Origin: Bacteroidia bacterium
GTDB lineage: Bacteria > Bacteroidota > Bacteroidia > UKL13-3
DNA length: 64,000 nt
Direction of reading: 5' to 3'
Assembly: GCA_019695215.1 (NCBI GenBank)
Contig: JAIBAK010000009.1
Span: 13,389 to 77,388, forward strand
Shown: positions 1 to 10,239 of the stretch, piece by piece
Numbering within the stretch: the first letter of the stretch is position 1
How the letters are laid out: every line of letters begins with the position of its first letter
Translations under genes and position numbers: made by a program
The notes under the pieces: generated by a model
What the model was told of the DNA's origin: nothing
The model's database searches: none
The model's input: only the letters and a program-made list of their open reading frames with translations

Positions 1-1100
1 ATCCTGCCACCTTAAGTTTACGGGCACGCTGCTCATGTAATAATTTGCCTGATCAAGAGTAAACAGTTGAGTGTATTGCTGAAGGAGGCAAAGCCCTATC
101 CCGATTACGTTTCCTATTACCAATCCGTTAAATAATAAACGAGCCGACACATGAAAAAATATTTTGCCAATGGCAATATTTCCTGAGCCAAAGGTTTTCA
201 GCAACCCAATCATGTGGGTGCGCTCCAGTATAAGAATAAGCAATGCCGTTACCATATTAATTACAGAAACAACCAGCAGCAGGCCAATGATAACAATTAC
301 ATTCACATCAAGCAAATCGAGCCAGTCAAATAAATTCGGGTTAATTTCCTTAATTGATTTTGCTTCGTACTCATAGCCGGTTAAATAATTTACCCGCTCT
401 GTATTTTCGTCTAAGTGGTCAAACTGTTTAAGTTGAATTTCAAAACCTCCGACCATGGTTTTACTCCAATCATTTAGTTTTTGAATATGGCCCAAATCGC
501 AAATCATGTAAATTTTGTCAAACTCTTCTAATCCGGTTTCATAAATCCCGCTGATGATAAAACTTCTTACCCTCACCGGCTCCTGAATAAAATATACAAT
601 CAGTTTTTGTCCGGTATCTAAACGCAACTTGTCGGCTGTGAATTTAGAAATAAGCACCTCATCGGTTGGGACACTGTCATTTGGTATAATTTTATGCCCT
701 TTGGTGAGTTTAGTATTAAAAAACGTCCAGTTAAAGTCGGTGCCTATTCCCTTCAGCACAATAGCTTCCATATCGGTTTTGGTACGAATGATGCCCGCTT
801 TGGTGGCAAACACCTGTATATGGTTAAAATCGGGAAGAGATTTAATGGGTTTAATAAACTCCTGATGACGATACACAGGAGCCGTTTCATACGAATTATT
901 CAAATCGATATGTGCAATTTGAATATGCGACCCAAAGCCAATAATTTTGTCCCGTATCTCATGCTGAAATCCGGTTACAATGGAAATTGAAACAATCATC
1001 ACCGTTACACTTAACGCAACGCCTGCCGTAGCAATGCGTACAATAAGCCGTGAGAAGTTTTTATTTCTCCTGCCCGATAACCTTTTAGCAATAAAATACG
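1..1100 (-). CDS. FtsX/LolE-like ABC transporter permease, partial (C-terminus runs off window start); probable TTG start near 1100
   Basis: Reverse-strand translation reads LNYAYFIAKRLSGRRNKNFSRLIVRIATAGVALSVTVMIVSISIVTGF ... GLLKTFGSGN ... YYMSSVPVNLRWQD without stops to position 1. Not in the ORF track because it is truncated. The sense-strand small ORFs 164-990 are antisense to it. Confidence 0.6.
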
Positions 1101-1109
1101 CGTAATTCA

Positions 1110-2306
1110 ATGTATAAAATGAAAACGTTCAAATATAATAAAGCTATTCTTCTTTTAGTTACGTTGATTTGCTTTTCATCTGCGTGCTTTTCGGCAATAA
1201 TCACCGGAGCTGAAAGAACAGATTACTACCTGCCGTTGCTTAAAGGTAAAAAAATCGGGCTGGTTGTAAATCAAACTTCCATAGTTGGAACAAAACATTT
1301 GGTTGATACCCTAAAAAGCAGTGGAATAACCATTAAAAGAATTTTTGCCCCTGAGCATGGTTTCAGAGGAAATCACAGTGCCGGAGCTCACGTAAGCAGC
1401 GGCACCGACAGCCTCACCGGATTACCCGTAGTTTCGTTGTACGGAGATAATAAAAAACCAAAACCTGAACAACTAAAAGACCTTGACCTTATCATTTTCG
1501 ACATTCAGGATGTGGGGGCACGTTTTTACACCTTTATCTCCACGCTGCATTATGTTATGGAAGCCTGTGCCGAACAAAAAAAACCGCTTCTTATTTTAGA
1601 CCGGCCTAACCCCAATGGTTTTTACGTTGACGGACCGGTGCTCGATATGAAATTTAAATCATTCGTAGGCATGCATCCGGTTCCGGTGGTACACGGAATG
1701 ACCATTGGCGAATATGCCCAAATGATAAATGGTGAACGATGGTTGAAAGATTCGGTGCAATGTAAACTCACTATAGTTACCTGCCTAAATTACAAGCACA
1801 GCATGCTGTATAAGCTTCCGGTAAAACCTTCCCCCAATTTACCTACGATGGAATCGGTTTACCTCTATCCTTCCCTTTGTTTTTTTGAAGGTACAAACAT
1901 AAGCCTTGGACGTGGTACGGATAAACCTTTTGAATGTGTGGGTAAACCTGATTTTGACGGAGGCAATTATTCCTTCACGCCTAAAAGCATTCCGGGAGTG
2001 GCTGATGACCCTCCGTACAAAAACCAGCTTTGCAACGGGTACCTGTTAAGCGGCTTTAGTGATAAATACCTGTTATCCTCCCGTAAATTGTACCTGCTTT
2101 GGCTGAGCGGATGCTATGAAAAAGACAAAGCGAAAGAAACATTCTTCACTTCATTTTTTGATAAACTTGCCGGAACCGATTTGCTCCGAAAACAAATAAC
2201 CGGTGGCGTTCCTGAGAGTGTGATAAGGCAAAGCTGGGAACCCGGTTTGTCAAAATTTAAAGTAATGAGAAAGAAATACCTTCTTTATCCTGACTTTCCT
2301 GCTTAG
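1110..2306 (+). CDS. DUF1343 family protein (NamZ-like exo-beta-N-acetylmuramidase family), lipoprotein-like signal
   Basis: 398-aa ORF with an N-terminal hydrophobic signal (FSSAC) followed by ITGAERTDYYLPLLKGKKIGLVVNQTS. The size and motif pattern are typical of DUF1343. Confidence 0.5.
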   Translation: MYKMKTFKYNKAILLLVTLICFSSACFSAIITGAERTDYYLPLLKGKKIGLVVNQTSIVGTKHLVDTLKSSGITIKRIFAPEHGFRGNHSAGAHVSSGTDSLTGLPVVSLYGDNKKPKPEQLKDLDLIIFDIQDVGARFYTFISTLHYVMEACAEQKKPLLILDRPNPNGFYVDGPVLDMKFKSFVGMHPVPVVHGMTIGEYAQMINGERWLKDSVQCKLTIVTCLNYKHSMLYKLPVKPSPNLPTMESVYLYPSLCFFEGTNISLGRGTDKPFECVGKPDFDGGNYSFTPKSIPGVADDPPYKNQLCNGYLLSGFSDKYLLSSRKLYLLWLSGCYEKDKAKETFFTSFFDKLAGTDLLRKQITGGVPESVIRQSWEPGLSKFKVMRKKYLLYPDFPA

Positions 2307-2335
2307 TTTCTTTAAACTTGCGGTAAATTTACATT

Positions 2336-3271
2336 TTGCACCCGCTTCGAATTGTTTTTATAGGTACCCCCGATTTTGCCGTGGCTTCGCTGGATGCCAT
2401 GTACCAAAAAGGATATCATATTGCAGGGGTAATTACTGCCCCCGATAAACCAGCCGGAAGGGGAATGCATATGCACGAATCGGCTGTGAAAAAATATGCA
2501 GCCGAAAAAGGTTTGCACCTGATGCAGCCTGCTAACCTTAAAACACCTGAATTTATTGAAGAATTAAAGGCATTGAAAGCCGATTTACAGGTAGTAATTG
2601 CATTTAGGATGTTGCCCGAGATAGTTTGGAATATGCCACGTCTGGGCACTTTCAACCTTCACGCATCGCTGCTGCCACAGTACCGCGGAGCTGCTCCTAT
2701 AAACTGGGCTATTATAAACGGGGAAAAAGAAACTGGAATTACCACCTTCTTTTTAAAACATGAAATTGATACCGGGCAAATCATTCTTCAGGAAAAAGTA
2801 AGTATTGGTGAAAACACCACTGCAGGCGAATTGCACGATGAGTTAATGCTAAAAGGAGCACAATTAGTGGTAAAAACACTTGAGCTTATCGAAAGCGGCA
2901 ATTATCCATCATTTGAACAGGATCTTTCGCAGCCACTAAAACATGCCCCTAAAATTTTTACCCAACACTGTCAACTAAACTGGAACAACCAAGTGCATCA
3001 TTTACACAATCAAATAAGAGGACTAAGCCCTCATCCGGCTGCGTTATCCACTTTAAATGAAAAGGTTTTAAAAGTGTACCGTTCCAAACCTGAGCTGGCA
3101 AATCATACCTTTGCAAAAGGCACTTTTATATCGGATGGCAAATCGTATATTAAAGTGGCTGCATCTGACGGATTTATTCACTTGCTCGAATTACAACTTG
3201 AAGGCAAACGAAAAATGAGTGCAGAAGAGTTTTTAAGAGGATATAACAAAACCAAATTAACTATAATTTAA
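2336..3271 (+). CDS. fmt: methionyl-tRNA formyltransferase
   Basis: LRIVFIGTPDFAVASLDAMY, HIAGVITAPDKPAGRG and the NLHASLLPQYRGAAPINWAIING motif. The start is a TTG at 2336, which the ORF track renders as M. Confidence 0.85.
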   Translation: MHPLRIVFIGTPDFAVASLDAMYQKGYHIAGVITAPDKPAGRGMHMHESAVKKYAAEKGLHLMQPANLKTPEFIEELKALKADLQVVIAFRMLPEIVWNMPRLGTFNLHASLLPQYRGAAPINWAIINGEKETGITTFFLKHEIDTGQIILQEKVSIGENTTAGELHDELMLKGAQLVVKTLELIESGNYPSFEQDLSQPLKHAPKIFTQHCQLNWNNQVHHLHNQIRGLSPHPAALSTLNEKVLKVYRSKPELANHTFAKGTFISDGKSYIKVAASDGFIHLLELQLEGKRKMSAEEFLRGYNKTKLTII

Positions 3272-3284
3272 AAGTAATTCACCA

Positions 3285-4043
3285 ATGAAAAAACATGCCG
3301 TAACCCTTATAGTCATGCTATTATGCCTGACTACCTCTTTTGCGCAGCAAACTACTGCAGGTATACCACAAACCGATAAAAGCGGAGTAATCCGTTTAAA
3401 GGGGAAAGCCACTCAAATGGTTATGCCTGATATTGCTGTTGTGTATTTTAATGTTACTGCCAAAGAAAAAACGGAACAGGAAACGCTTGCCAAATTAAAT
3501 ACGCAAACTCAATCACTCATCTCCCGGATGGAATCGCTGGGATTTAAGAAAGAAGAAATGAAACTGGGCAACTACCAGATTTATGAAAACTACACGTACG
3601 AAGGCGGCAAGCAAAAAAGGTCTGGGTATATTGCCAGCAACAGCATTATCCTGAAATTCAAATTCGATAAGGAAAAACTAAGCAACCTTTTTGGCAAAAT
3701 TATGGGCGAAAAATCGGAAAATATTTCGGTGAATTTCTCTACCGAAGTATCGAAAGAACTTCAGCAGAAAACAAGTACACAACTGGTGCGCGAAGCCATT
3801 AAAGACGCCAGTATACGCGCTAAAACCATTGCCGAAGTAGCTGACCTGCGCATAGTGATGATTAAAGAAGTAAACTACCAGGTTTTCAATTTCAGGCCTG
3901 TGCCGATGCTAGAGAAAGCTTACTCTTTCGCAGAAGCGGATGTGACGGCAGCCGCTCCGGCATTTTCAAACGTGGATGTACAGGAAATAGAACTAAGCGA
4001 AGAGGTAGAAATCACATTTCAGGTAGAAAATCTGATGAAGTAA
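3285..4043 (+). CDS. SIMPL/DUF541 domain secreted protein (YggE-like)
   Basis: Signal peptide MKKHAVTLIVMLLCLTTSFAQQ followed by IRLKGKATQMVMPDIAVVYFNVTAK, a SIMPL-like pattern. Size about 250 aa. Confidence 0.45.
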   Translation: MKKHAVTLIVMLLCLTTSFAQQTTAGIPQTDKSGVIRLKGKATQMVMPDIAVVYFNVTAKEKTEQETLAKLNTQTQSLISRMESLGFKKEEMKLGNYQIYENYTYEGGKQKRSGYIASNSIILKFKFDKEKLSNLFGKIMGEKSENISVNFSTEVSKELQQKTSTQLVREAIKDASIRAKTIAEVADLRIVMIKEVNYQVFNFRPVPMLEKAYSFAEADVTAAAPAFSNVDVQEIELSEEVEITFQVENLMK

Positions 4044-4063
4044 TTCTATTTATCTATACCGAT

Positions 4064-4097
4064 AAAAAAGGCAGCCTATCGCTGCCTTTTTTATTTT
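4064..4097. terminator. bidirectional rho-independent terminator between convergent genes
   Basis: A-run, stem GGCAGC (4070-4075), loop CTATC, stem GCTGCC (4081-4086), then T-run TTTTTTATTTT (4087-4097), flanked by an A-run on the other side. Confidence 0.5.
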
Positions 4098-4848
4098 ATT
4101 CCCCACTTAGGATTCCTCCCAGTAAACCGCCCACACCGCGGCTTTGCTCTTTTCCTCCAGCCGAGGCTGCCAGAATGCGGTCAGCAAGGCGCGAAAACGG
4201 AACGCTCTGTAAGTACACGATTCCAGGACCCGTAACTACTGCATAAAACAATCCTTCGCCTCCAAATAAGGAATTGCGGAAACCTCCGATAAATTTAATA
4301 TCGTAATCAATGCTGCTGGTAAATGCTACCAAACATCCTGTATCCACCCGCAGGGTTTCCCCATGTTTCAGCTCACGTCTTATGATGGTCCCGCCTGCAT
4401 GTACAAAAGCTTTTCCATCACCCCGCAAGCGCTGAAGAATAAATCCTTCGCCACCAAATAAACCTGCACCTATTCGTTTGGTAAAGGCGATATCAATTTC
4501 AATTCCTTCGGCTGCGCATAAAAAACCATCTTTCTGACAGAGAATTTCGCCACCATACTGTTTTAAATCAAAAGGAATAATTTTTCCCGGATAAGGTGCT
4601 GCAAAAGCCACTTTACTTTTTCCGACACCCTGATTTAAAAATGAAGTGATGAAAAAACTTTCCCCGGTAAACATGCGTTTCAACCCGCTGAAAACTCCTC
4701 CGGTAGAGGTTTGCATTTGAATACCATTTTCCATATACAGCATAGCTCCCGCTTCGGCCCTTACTGCTTCCTGCGGGTCAAGTTCAATTTCTACTACCTG
4801 AATATCGTCACCGATAATGTTGTAATCAATTTCATGTGCAATGCCCAT
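4096..4848 (-). CDS. TIGR00266/AIM24 family protein (DUF124)
   Basis: Gly-rich repetitive beta-structure motifs: [62 protein letters not shown] and [22 protein letters not shown]. Confidence 0.55.
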   Translation of the reverse strand: MGIAHEIDYNIIGDDIQVVEIELDPQEAVRAEAGAMLYMENGIQMQTSTGGVFSGLKRMFTGESFFITSFLNQGVGKSKVAFAAPYPGKIIPFDLKQYGGEILCQKDGFLCAAEGIEIDIAFTKRIGAGLFGGEGFILQRLRGDGKAFVHAGGTIIRRELKHGETLRVDTGCLVAFTSSIDYDIKFIGGFRNSLFGGEGLFYAVVTGPGIVYLQSVPFSRLADRILAASAGGKEQSRGVGGLLGGILSGE

Positions 4849-4977
4849 AGCTTTAATATTTAGTCCTCAAAATTCTAAGTAATCCTTATTAATTCAAAAC
4901 AAAAGTGATAACCGTCTGCCATTTACCGATGAACAAAACTCTTAGTCTGGTAAAATGAAAAGATTAAATTTGCAGCT

Positions 4978-5628
4978 ATGAGGTTTTTAGCACTTTTGTT
5001 TAGTTTACTGCTGGTAAGTTTTACGCCAGCAACTACTTCGGTAAAAATTGCCCGCTTAAAATACAATGGCGGAGGAGACTGGTATGCAAATAAGACTTCG
5101 CTCCCCAATCTTATTCGTTTTTGCAACCAGCAACTCAAAACCAATATACAGGGAGAAGAGGACATTGCTGATGCAGGCAGTCCTGATATTTTTAATTATC
5201 CGTTTGTTCATATGACCGGCCATGGAAACGTGGTTTTTTCTTCTTCAGAAGCAGAAAACCTGCGCAAATACCTGATTGCCGGTGGCTTTTTGCATATTGA
5301 CGATAACTACGGCCTGGATAAATTCATTCGCAGGGAAATGAAAAAAGTTTTTCCCGAACTCAATTTTATAGAATTACCATTTAATCACCCTGTATATCAT
5401 CAGACGTTTCAATTTAGCAATGGATTGCCTAAGGTTCACGAGCATGACGGAAAACCAGCTCAGGGTTTCGGATTAATCTACAATGGCAGGCTGGTTTGTT
5501 TTTACAGCTACGAGTGTGATTTGGGTAACGGATGGGAAGATCAGGAAGTGTACAACGACCCTGAAGCCGTAAGACTAAAAGCGCTTCAAATGGGTGCCAA
5601 CCTTATTCAGTTTGCCTTTGCCCGTTAA
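4978..5628 (+). CDS. DUF4159 domain protein (secreted)
   Basis: Signal peptide followed by KIARLKYNGGGDWYANKTSLPNL, consistent with DUF4159. Confidence 0.4.
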   Translation: MRFLALLFSLLLVSFTPATTSVKIARLKYNGGGDWYANKTSLPNLIRFCNQQLKTNIQGEEDIADAGSPDIFNYPFVHMTGHGNVVFSSSEAENLRKYLIAGGFLHIDDNYGLDKFIRREMKKVFPELNFIELPFNHPVYHQTFQFSNGLPKVHEHDGKPAQGFGLIYNGRLVCFYSYECDLGNGWEDQEVYNDPEAVRLKALQMGANLIQFAFAR

Positions 5629-6182
5629 TTGAACCTGAGGTCGGGCGGAGAATTACCCAAAACCGCAAAATCAGTCCCCATTTTGGCTAAAACAGTTTTC
5701 CATAACAATTCCGGATGGTCATGAAAAATGCATTCAATTTCGGCCTTAGAAACAAACCAGGCATGCTCTGTGAGTTCGTCATCTAACTGGCCTGCCGACC
5801 ATCCTGAATAACCTATAAAAAAACGAATCTGATTTTCGCCAACAATTTCGTTTCGTATACCTAGGGCAATTGCCTCCAAATCACCTCCCCAGAATACACC
5901 CGGTTGAATTTGCTTGGAATCAAGTGAAAACTGCGGGCAGGAATGAATAAAATGAAGTGTGTTTTGCTCCACGGGGCCGCCATAAAACAACCTATGCGTA
6001 AGTCCGGTAAATTCAGGCAAAATATCAGAAAGAGTTAAATTAGTGGGGCGATTCACAACAAAACCTACGGCACCACTTGCATCATAAGCAGTAAGGTAAA
6101 CTGCAGTCCGGTTAAAATTGGGGTCGGGCAGAAAAGGATCTGAGAGAAGAAATCTGCCTGCCTTAAGAGGTATCCTATGCAT
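5625..6182 (-). CDS. YqgE/AlgH family protein (UPF0301/DUF179)
   Basis: LLSDPFLPDPNFNRTAVYLTAYDASGAVGFVVNRPT ... FYGGPVEQN ... GYSGWSAGQLDDEL, the characteristic AlgH/YqgE pattern. Its 3' end overlaps the convergent upstream gene by 4 nt. Confidence 0.75.
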   Translation of the reverse strand: MHRIPLKAGRFLLSDPFLPDPNFNRTAVYLTAYDASGAVGFVVNRPTNLTLSDILPEFTGLTHRLFYGGPVEQNTLHFIHSCPQFSLDSKQIQPGVFWGGDLEAIALGIRNEIVGENQIRFFIGYSGWSAGQLDDELTEHAWFVSKAEIECIFHDHPELLWKTVLAKMGTDFAVLGNSPPDLRFN

Positions 6183-6346
6183 GAAAGTGTTATTGAACGG
6201 GTTTATATAACGTCAAATTTAGTACATTGAACGAAACTTGACCGAAGATGTGGAATAAATACAGAGTTTTGCTCACTGATTGGAAAAATTAGAACCCGTT
6301 TTTTTAATTAATTATACTAATTTTATCCCGTTAAGCACCACACACA

Positions 6347-6709
6347 ATGAAGATATTAATTGCTGAAGATGAGCAGATGCTGAAGAAGGCCGTTGAGTTC
6401 AAACTTAAGAAGGATGGTCATGAAGTTTTCACAGCTGCCGATGGGCGGGAAGCGTTGAGCCTTATTAAAGAAAATTCATTTGATATGATTATTACTGATA
6501 TCATGATGCCATTTGCATCAGGATTGGAGATAATCAGCCATGTAAGGGCACAGGGACTTAAAATGCCTATTATTGTTGTGTCATCTATCGGACTTGAAAA
6601 TACTGTTCTGGAAGCATTTAAACTTGGAGCTGATGATTTTATTACAAAACCTTTCAGCCCAAATGAACTATCAATGCGTGTAAATAGATTATTGTCCAAA
6701 ATATCATAG
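6347..6709 (+). CDS. stand-alone response-regulator receiver domain (CheY-like), first gene of the exopolysaccharide locus
   Basis: MKILIAEDEQML ... MIITDIMMP ... IIVVSS ... KLGADDFITKPF. The acidic pocket, phospho-acceptor D and the K are all present. Its stop overlaps the start of the next gene at 6709. Confidence 0.8.
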   Translation: MKILIAEDEQMLKKAVEFKLKKDGHEVFTAADGREALSLIKENSFDMIITDIMMPFASGLEIISHVRAQGLKMPIIVVSSIGLENTVLEAFKLGADDFITKPFSPNELSMRVNRLLSKIS

Positions 6710-8415
6710 TGAAAACACAGAAATGGTGTACTACTCCCTTTTCACCTTCGGGGATTAAAACTTTTTTACTTGCTTTTTGGGTGATACTCTCGGGTATTTC
6801 CTCGTTTGGCCAACAGTTGCCCAATGTTGATTCGATGTATATAGCAGCTAAAAACATTGGATTCAGAGGTGTGTACGATACTGCGCGAATGGAAATGGAT
6901 ACCGTACTGCTGTATGCCCCCAATTATTTAGATGCTCGAACCTTTATTGCCCGTACATGGAGTTGGGAAAATCAATATGAAAAATCGCGTGCCCAACTTA
7001 AATTAGTATTAGATAAAGACCCGAATAATTATGAAGCACTGGATGCACTGGTTGATGCATTCAGGTGGCCAAATGAAATTGACACCGCTTTGGCCATATG
7101 CGAAAAAGGCATGAGCCTTTTTCCGTCCGATACCATGTTCAAGTATAAAAAGCATGAAGTAATACGGCAGCAGCGAAACATAAAACTCAGCTACAATCAA
7201 ATTATGGCCGATTCCTTTTATATGAAGGGAAGGTCACTTGCCTTCAAAGGTAAATACCAGGAAGGACGCGTGTGGCTTGATTCATCCATTAAAAGAGATC
7301 CGCTTTTTTTTGATGCGTATATTTTAAAAGCCCGCACTTTTAGCTGGCAAAAAAAATATGATGAAGGGCGGCCTGTGCTTAATTATGTGCTGCTCAACGA
7401 TACCCTGCCCTCAAGAAGGAAGGATGCTTACAGTGCCTTAGCTGATTTGGAAATGTATGCCTCAAAAAACAAAAAATCGGGAAAAGTGTGCGACACTGCA
7501 TTAACTCAATTTAAAAAGGCTGTTGAGTTTCATAAGAAAAAATCAATTACGCTGGCCAACGAAGATTATTACAAAGAAGCCATCCCCGAACTTCAGCTTT
7601 ACCTCGATTCGGTAAAAACCGATACCCCGGCCGTCAAAATGATGGAAGATTTTAAATTTAAAAAATTACGGAATTACGTGGGGGCAGGCTGGGTGCATCA
7701 GATGTATAATCCAAAAACCACCTTTGCCCCATGGGATTTTGGAAATCTGGAATACGGACACAGGTTTAGAAAAGTGCAGTCAATTGGTCGAATAAACTAC
7801 GCAAAACGATTCGGCAGGCAGGCATTGCAGTTTGAAGTTGATAATTATATAAAAATTTTCAGAGGCACTACCCTGTTTACCAATATTGGATTTTCAAATA
7901 AAAATATTTTGTATCCGCGCTTTCGTTTAGGTGCCGAGGTGTATCAGAATGTACATAGTAAATTTGACGTTTCGCTGGGATACCATATGCTTTTTTACGA
8001 ACCCGATTCGGTGCGGGAAACTTTTCATATGATGGTAGGTTCCGTTGGCTACTATTACAAAAAATGGTGGTTTTCCTACAGGCCTGTTGCCGTTTTAGAA
8101 CCTTATGGAAAAGGTTCAACCACGTTATCTAATACAGTTCAGGCAAGGTGGTATTATAAATCGGATTACGATTACATAACGTTCATGTTAGCCTATGCAA
8201 ACGGTGCTATAGGCCTAAACAATCCCACCGCTGTAATTCTGGGTGAAAAAAACTTTGTGAAACTTCAAACCATACGAGCCGGCATTGACTTTCAACGCAG
8301 ACTTAATACAACTGTTTTTGGAGGGCTCGGTACCTGGTGCGATTATGATGAGTACTCGGCCAACAAGTACCGTTACCGTTTTACGCTTACACTCAATCTG
8401 AAAAAAGTTTTTTAA
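6709..8415 (+). CDS. TPR-repeat N-domain plus C-terminal YaiO-like outer-membrane beta-barrel (PgaA/NfrA-like exopolysaccharide porin)
   Basis: Signal peptide, then TPR-like helical repeats (YEALDALVDAF, YILKARTFSWQKKYDEG). The C-terminal half has alternating aromatic beta-strand patterns and ends in a C-terminal Phe (LNLKKVF), the outer-membrane-protein signature. Confidence 0.5.
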   Translation: MKTQKWCTTPFSPSGIKTFLLAFWVILSGISSFGQQLPNVDSMYIAAKNIGFRGVYDTARMEMDTVLLYAPNYLDARTFIARTWSWENQYEKSRAQLKLVLDKDPNNYEALDALVDAFRWPNEIDTALAICEKGMSLFPSDTMFKYKKHEVIRQQRNIKLSYNQIMADSFYMKGRSLAFKGKYQEGRVWLDSSIKRDPLFFDAYILKARTFSWQKKYDEGRPVLNYVLLNDTLPSRRKDAYSALADLEMYASKNKKSGKVCDTALTQFKKAVEFHKKKSITLANEDYYKEAIPELQLYLDSVKTDTPAVKMMEDFKFKKLRNYVGAGWVHQMYNPKTTFAPWDFGNLEYGHRFRKVQSIGRINYAKRFGRQALQFEVDNYIKIFRGTTLFTNIGFSNKNILYPRFRLGAEVYQNVHSKFDVSLGYHMLFYEPDSVRETFHMMVGSVGYYYKKWWFSYRPVAVLEPYGKGSTTLSNTVQARWYYKSDYDYITFMLAYANGAIGLNNPTAVILGEKNFVKLQTIRAGIDFQRRLNTTVFGGLGTWCDYDEYSANKYRYRFTLTLNLKKVF

Positions 8416-8417
8416 AG

Positions 8418-10238
8418 ATGACTGTATGCCGCAACATTCTTTTACCATTTATATGCATTTTGCTGATTGCGGCAAACGTTGCAGCACAGAATACGCCAAA
8501 AGAAGTAATGTTACAACCGGTTTACTACCATGCTCCTGCCGGAGAAAACATACGTGTAGTAGCCAAAAAATATAAACTGAGTGAACGAACACTTGCCTCA
8601 CGTAACAGAATACCCGCGCACAAGCTCTTTCAAAAAACAACTGCGGTTATCATTGGGTACAGCATGGTACCGGCAGGGGAACTAAGCAACCCGCCCGAGA
8701 ATGCTTTTATCGTAGATGAAGAAACGGCTAAAATTTATTCGATCGTTCCTCAAAATTTTCTTGCCGATTCAGTTAGTATCTCCCCTTTCCTCTTTGCCAA
8801 ATTAACAATACAACCGGAAGAAGTAACGGCCACTACTCCTGAAATTATTCAGGAACCCGTAACTCCGGAAGTGAAAGAAAAGGGAACAGCTCCTCCTGCC
8901 GCACCCACCAGTACAGCTACGCCAACTGCAGGCGAATTAGCCAAAACAATTACGGATGATAAAGGAGATTTTGCGCAGGATACTACAGAAGACAGCGACC
9001 CTACCATCAATAATATTTCTCCAAAAAACCAGGCCGGCACCATGGAAAGCTATTTTGCCGACAGAGTTAGAGAAATCGAAGAAAGTGCCATAGACTCAAG
9101 TAATGTTGAGATTGAATTTTTCGAGTCCCCTTCAGGCTGGTTTGCCCAAACCTACCGGGCACAGCCAACCATTATCCAGCGCGGAATTATTATTTTATGT
9201 TTCTTTATTTTCGGGAACATTACTCTTTTCATTGTTATAATCAGTAGTCGTGTGTATAAATCTTACGTAGAGTTACGTAAAAAGCGGTTGATTGAAGTGT
9301 ATGAACCTTTGCTGGCTAATTTATTATTTGGTAAATACGACACGGAAGAACGCAGAATGCATGTGGTGAGGCGTATAAAAAAAAGATACCTTGTAAATGA
9401 ATTTAACAATGAAGTTTTTTTACAGGAGTTGTTAAATCTGCACAAAAATTTTTCGGGAGATGTATGCGATGAAATCCGAAACCTTTACCTGGAGTTTAAC
9501 CTGCTCAAATTTAGTATGAGAAAACTTAAAGCTTTTCCATGGGATGTGAAGATAAAAGGTATAAGGGAGCTTACCCAAATGGATATAAAAGACGCCTATG
9601 ATGAAATATTTAAATTTGTCGACAGCAAAAATCCAATCCTTCGTCTGGAAACGCTGTTATCCCTCATTCAGCTCAGCGAATCAGACCCGCTGAAATTTTT
9701 GAGCAATACCAAAGCTAAAATGACCGGCTGGCAACAGGTAAATATTTTAGCCATTCTTTCCATTTTAAATACTGACGATCTGCCGGATTTTAAACGCTGG
9801 CTTAATTCGCCCAACGACTCGGTATCATTATTTACCATTCGCATGATTAACCATTTTAAACAAATAGGTTCAGTAAACGCTGTAATACCTTTACTTGAAG
9901 ACCCAAGAGAAGAAATACGGGAAGCTATTATTGATACAATAGGTAATTTAGAATTATACGGATTTGCCGACCAGTTAATTGATACGTTTGGAAAAGAACA
10001 AGACAGGTTGAAGGTGAAAATACTGCAGGTAATGACTAAAATAAGTGATGATGACCAGATACCCTTTTTCAAACAGGAACTCTTCAGCCCTAACTTTGCA
10101 ATAGCCCTTAACTCGGCAATAGCGCTGGTAAAAACAGGCGCCAAAGGGAAAAATGAGCTGACATTATTATTGGAATCGGCAGATGAACGCAGTTCAAAAA
10201 TTATCAAACATGCACTTGACAAAAGAATAGTAAAATAA
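8418..10238 (+). CDS. modular membrane protein: signal peptide, LysM-like segment, Pro/Thr-rich linker, one TM helix, cytoplasmic HEAT/PBS-lyase-like repeats
   Basis: YYHAPAGENIRVVAKKYKLSERTLASRNRI is LysM-like. PEEVTATTPEIIQEPVTPEVKEKGTAPPAAPTSTATPTAGE is the linker and IIILCFFIFGNITLFIVIIS the TM helix. Repeated alpha-helical units follow (IRELTQMDIKDAYDEIFKFV ..., IREAIIDTIGNL ...). Starts 3 nt after the upstream stop. Confidence 0.45.
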   Translation: MTVCRNILLPFICILLIAANVAAQNTPKEVMLQPVYYHAPAGENIRVVAKKYKLSERTLASRNRIPAHKLFQKTTAVIIGYSMVPAGELSNPPENAFIVDEETAKIYSIVPQNFLADSVSISPFLFAKLTIQPEEVTATTPEIIQEPVTPEVKEKGTAPPAAPTSTATPTAGELAKTITDDKGDFAQDTTEDSDPTINNISPKNQAGTMESYFADRVREIEESAIDSSNVEIEFFESPSGWFAQTYRAQPTIIQRGIIILCFFIFGNITLFIVIISSRVYKSYVELRKKRLIEVYEPLLANLLFGKYDTEERRMHVVRRIKKRYLVNEFNNEVFLQELLNLHKNFSGDVCDEIRNLYLEFNLLKFSMRKLKAFPWDVKIKGIRELTQMDIKDAYDEIFKFVDSKNPILRLETLLSLIQLSESDPLKFLSNTKAKMTGWQQVNILAILSILNTDDLPDFKRWLNSPNDSVSLFTIRMINHFKQIGSVNAVIPLLEDPREEIREAIIDTIGNLELYGFADQLIDTFGKEQDRLKVKILQVMTKISDDDQIPFFKQELFSPNFAIALNSAIALVKTGAKGKNELTLLLESADERSSKIIKHALDKRIVK

Positions 10239-10239
10239 C

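Noticed and set aside
164-990. Plus-strand ORFs of 70-98 aa (164..376, 629..865, 694..990)
   Set aside because: They are antisense to a continuous, well-conserved FtsX/LolE-like permease reading frame on the minus strand that is truncated by the window edge.
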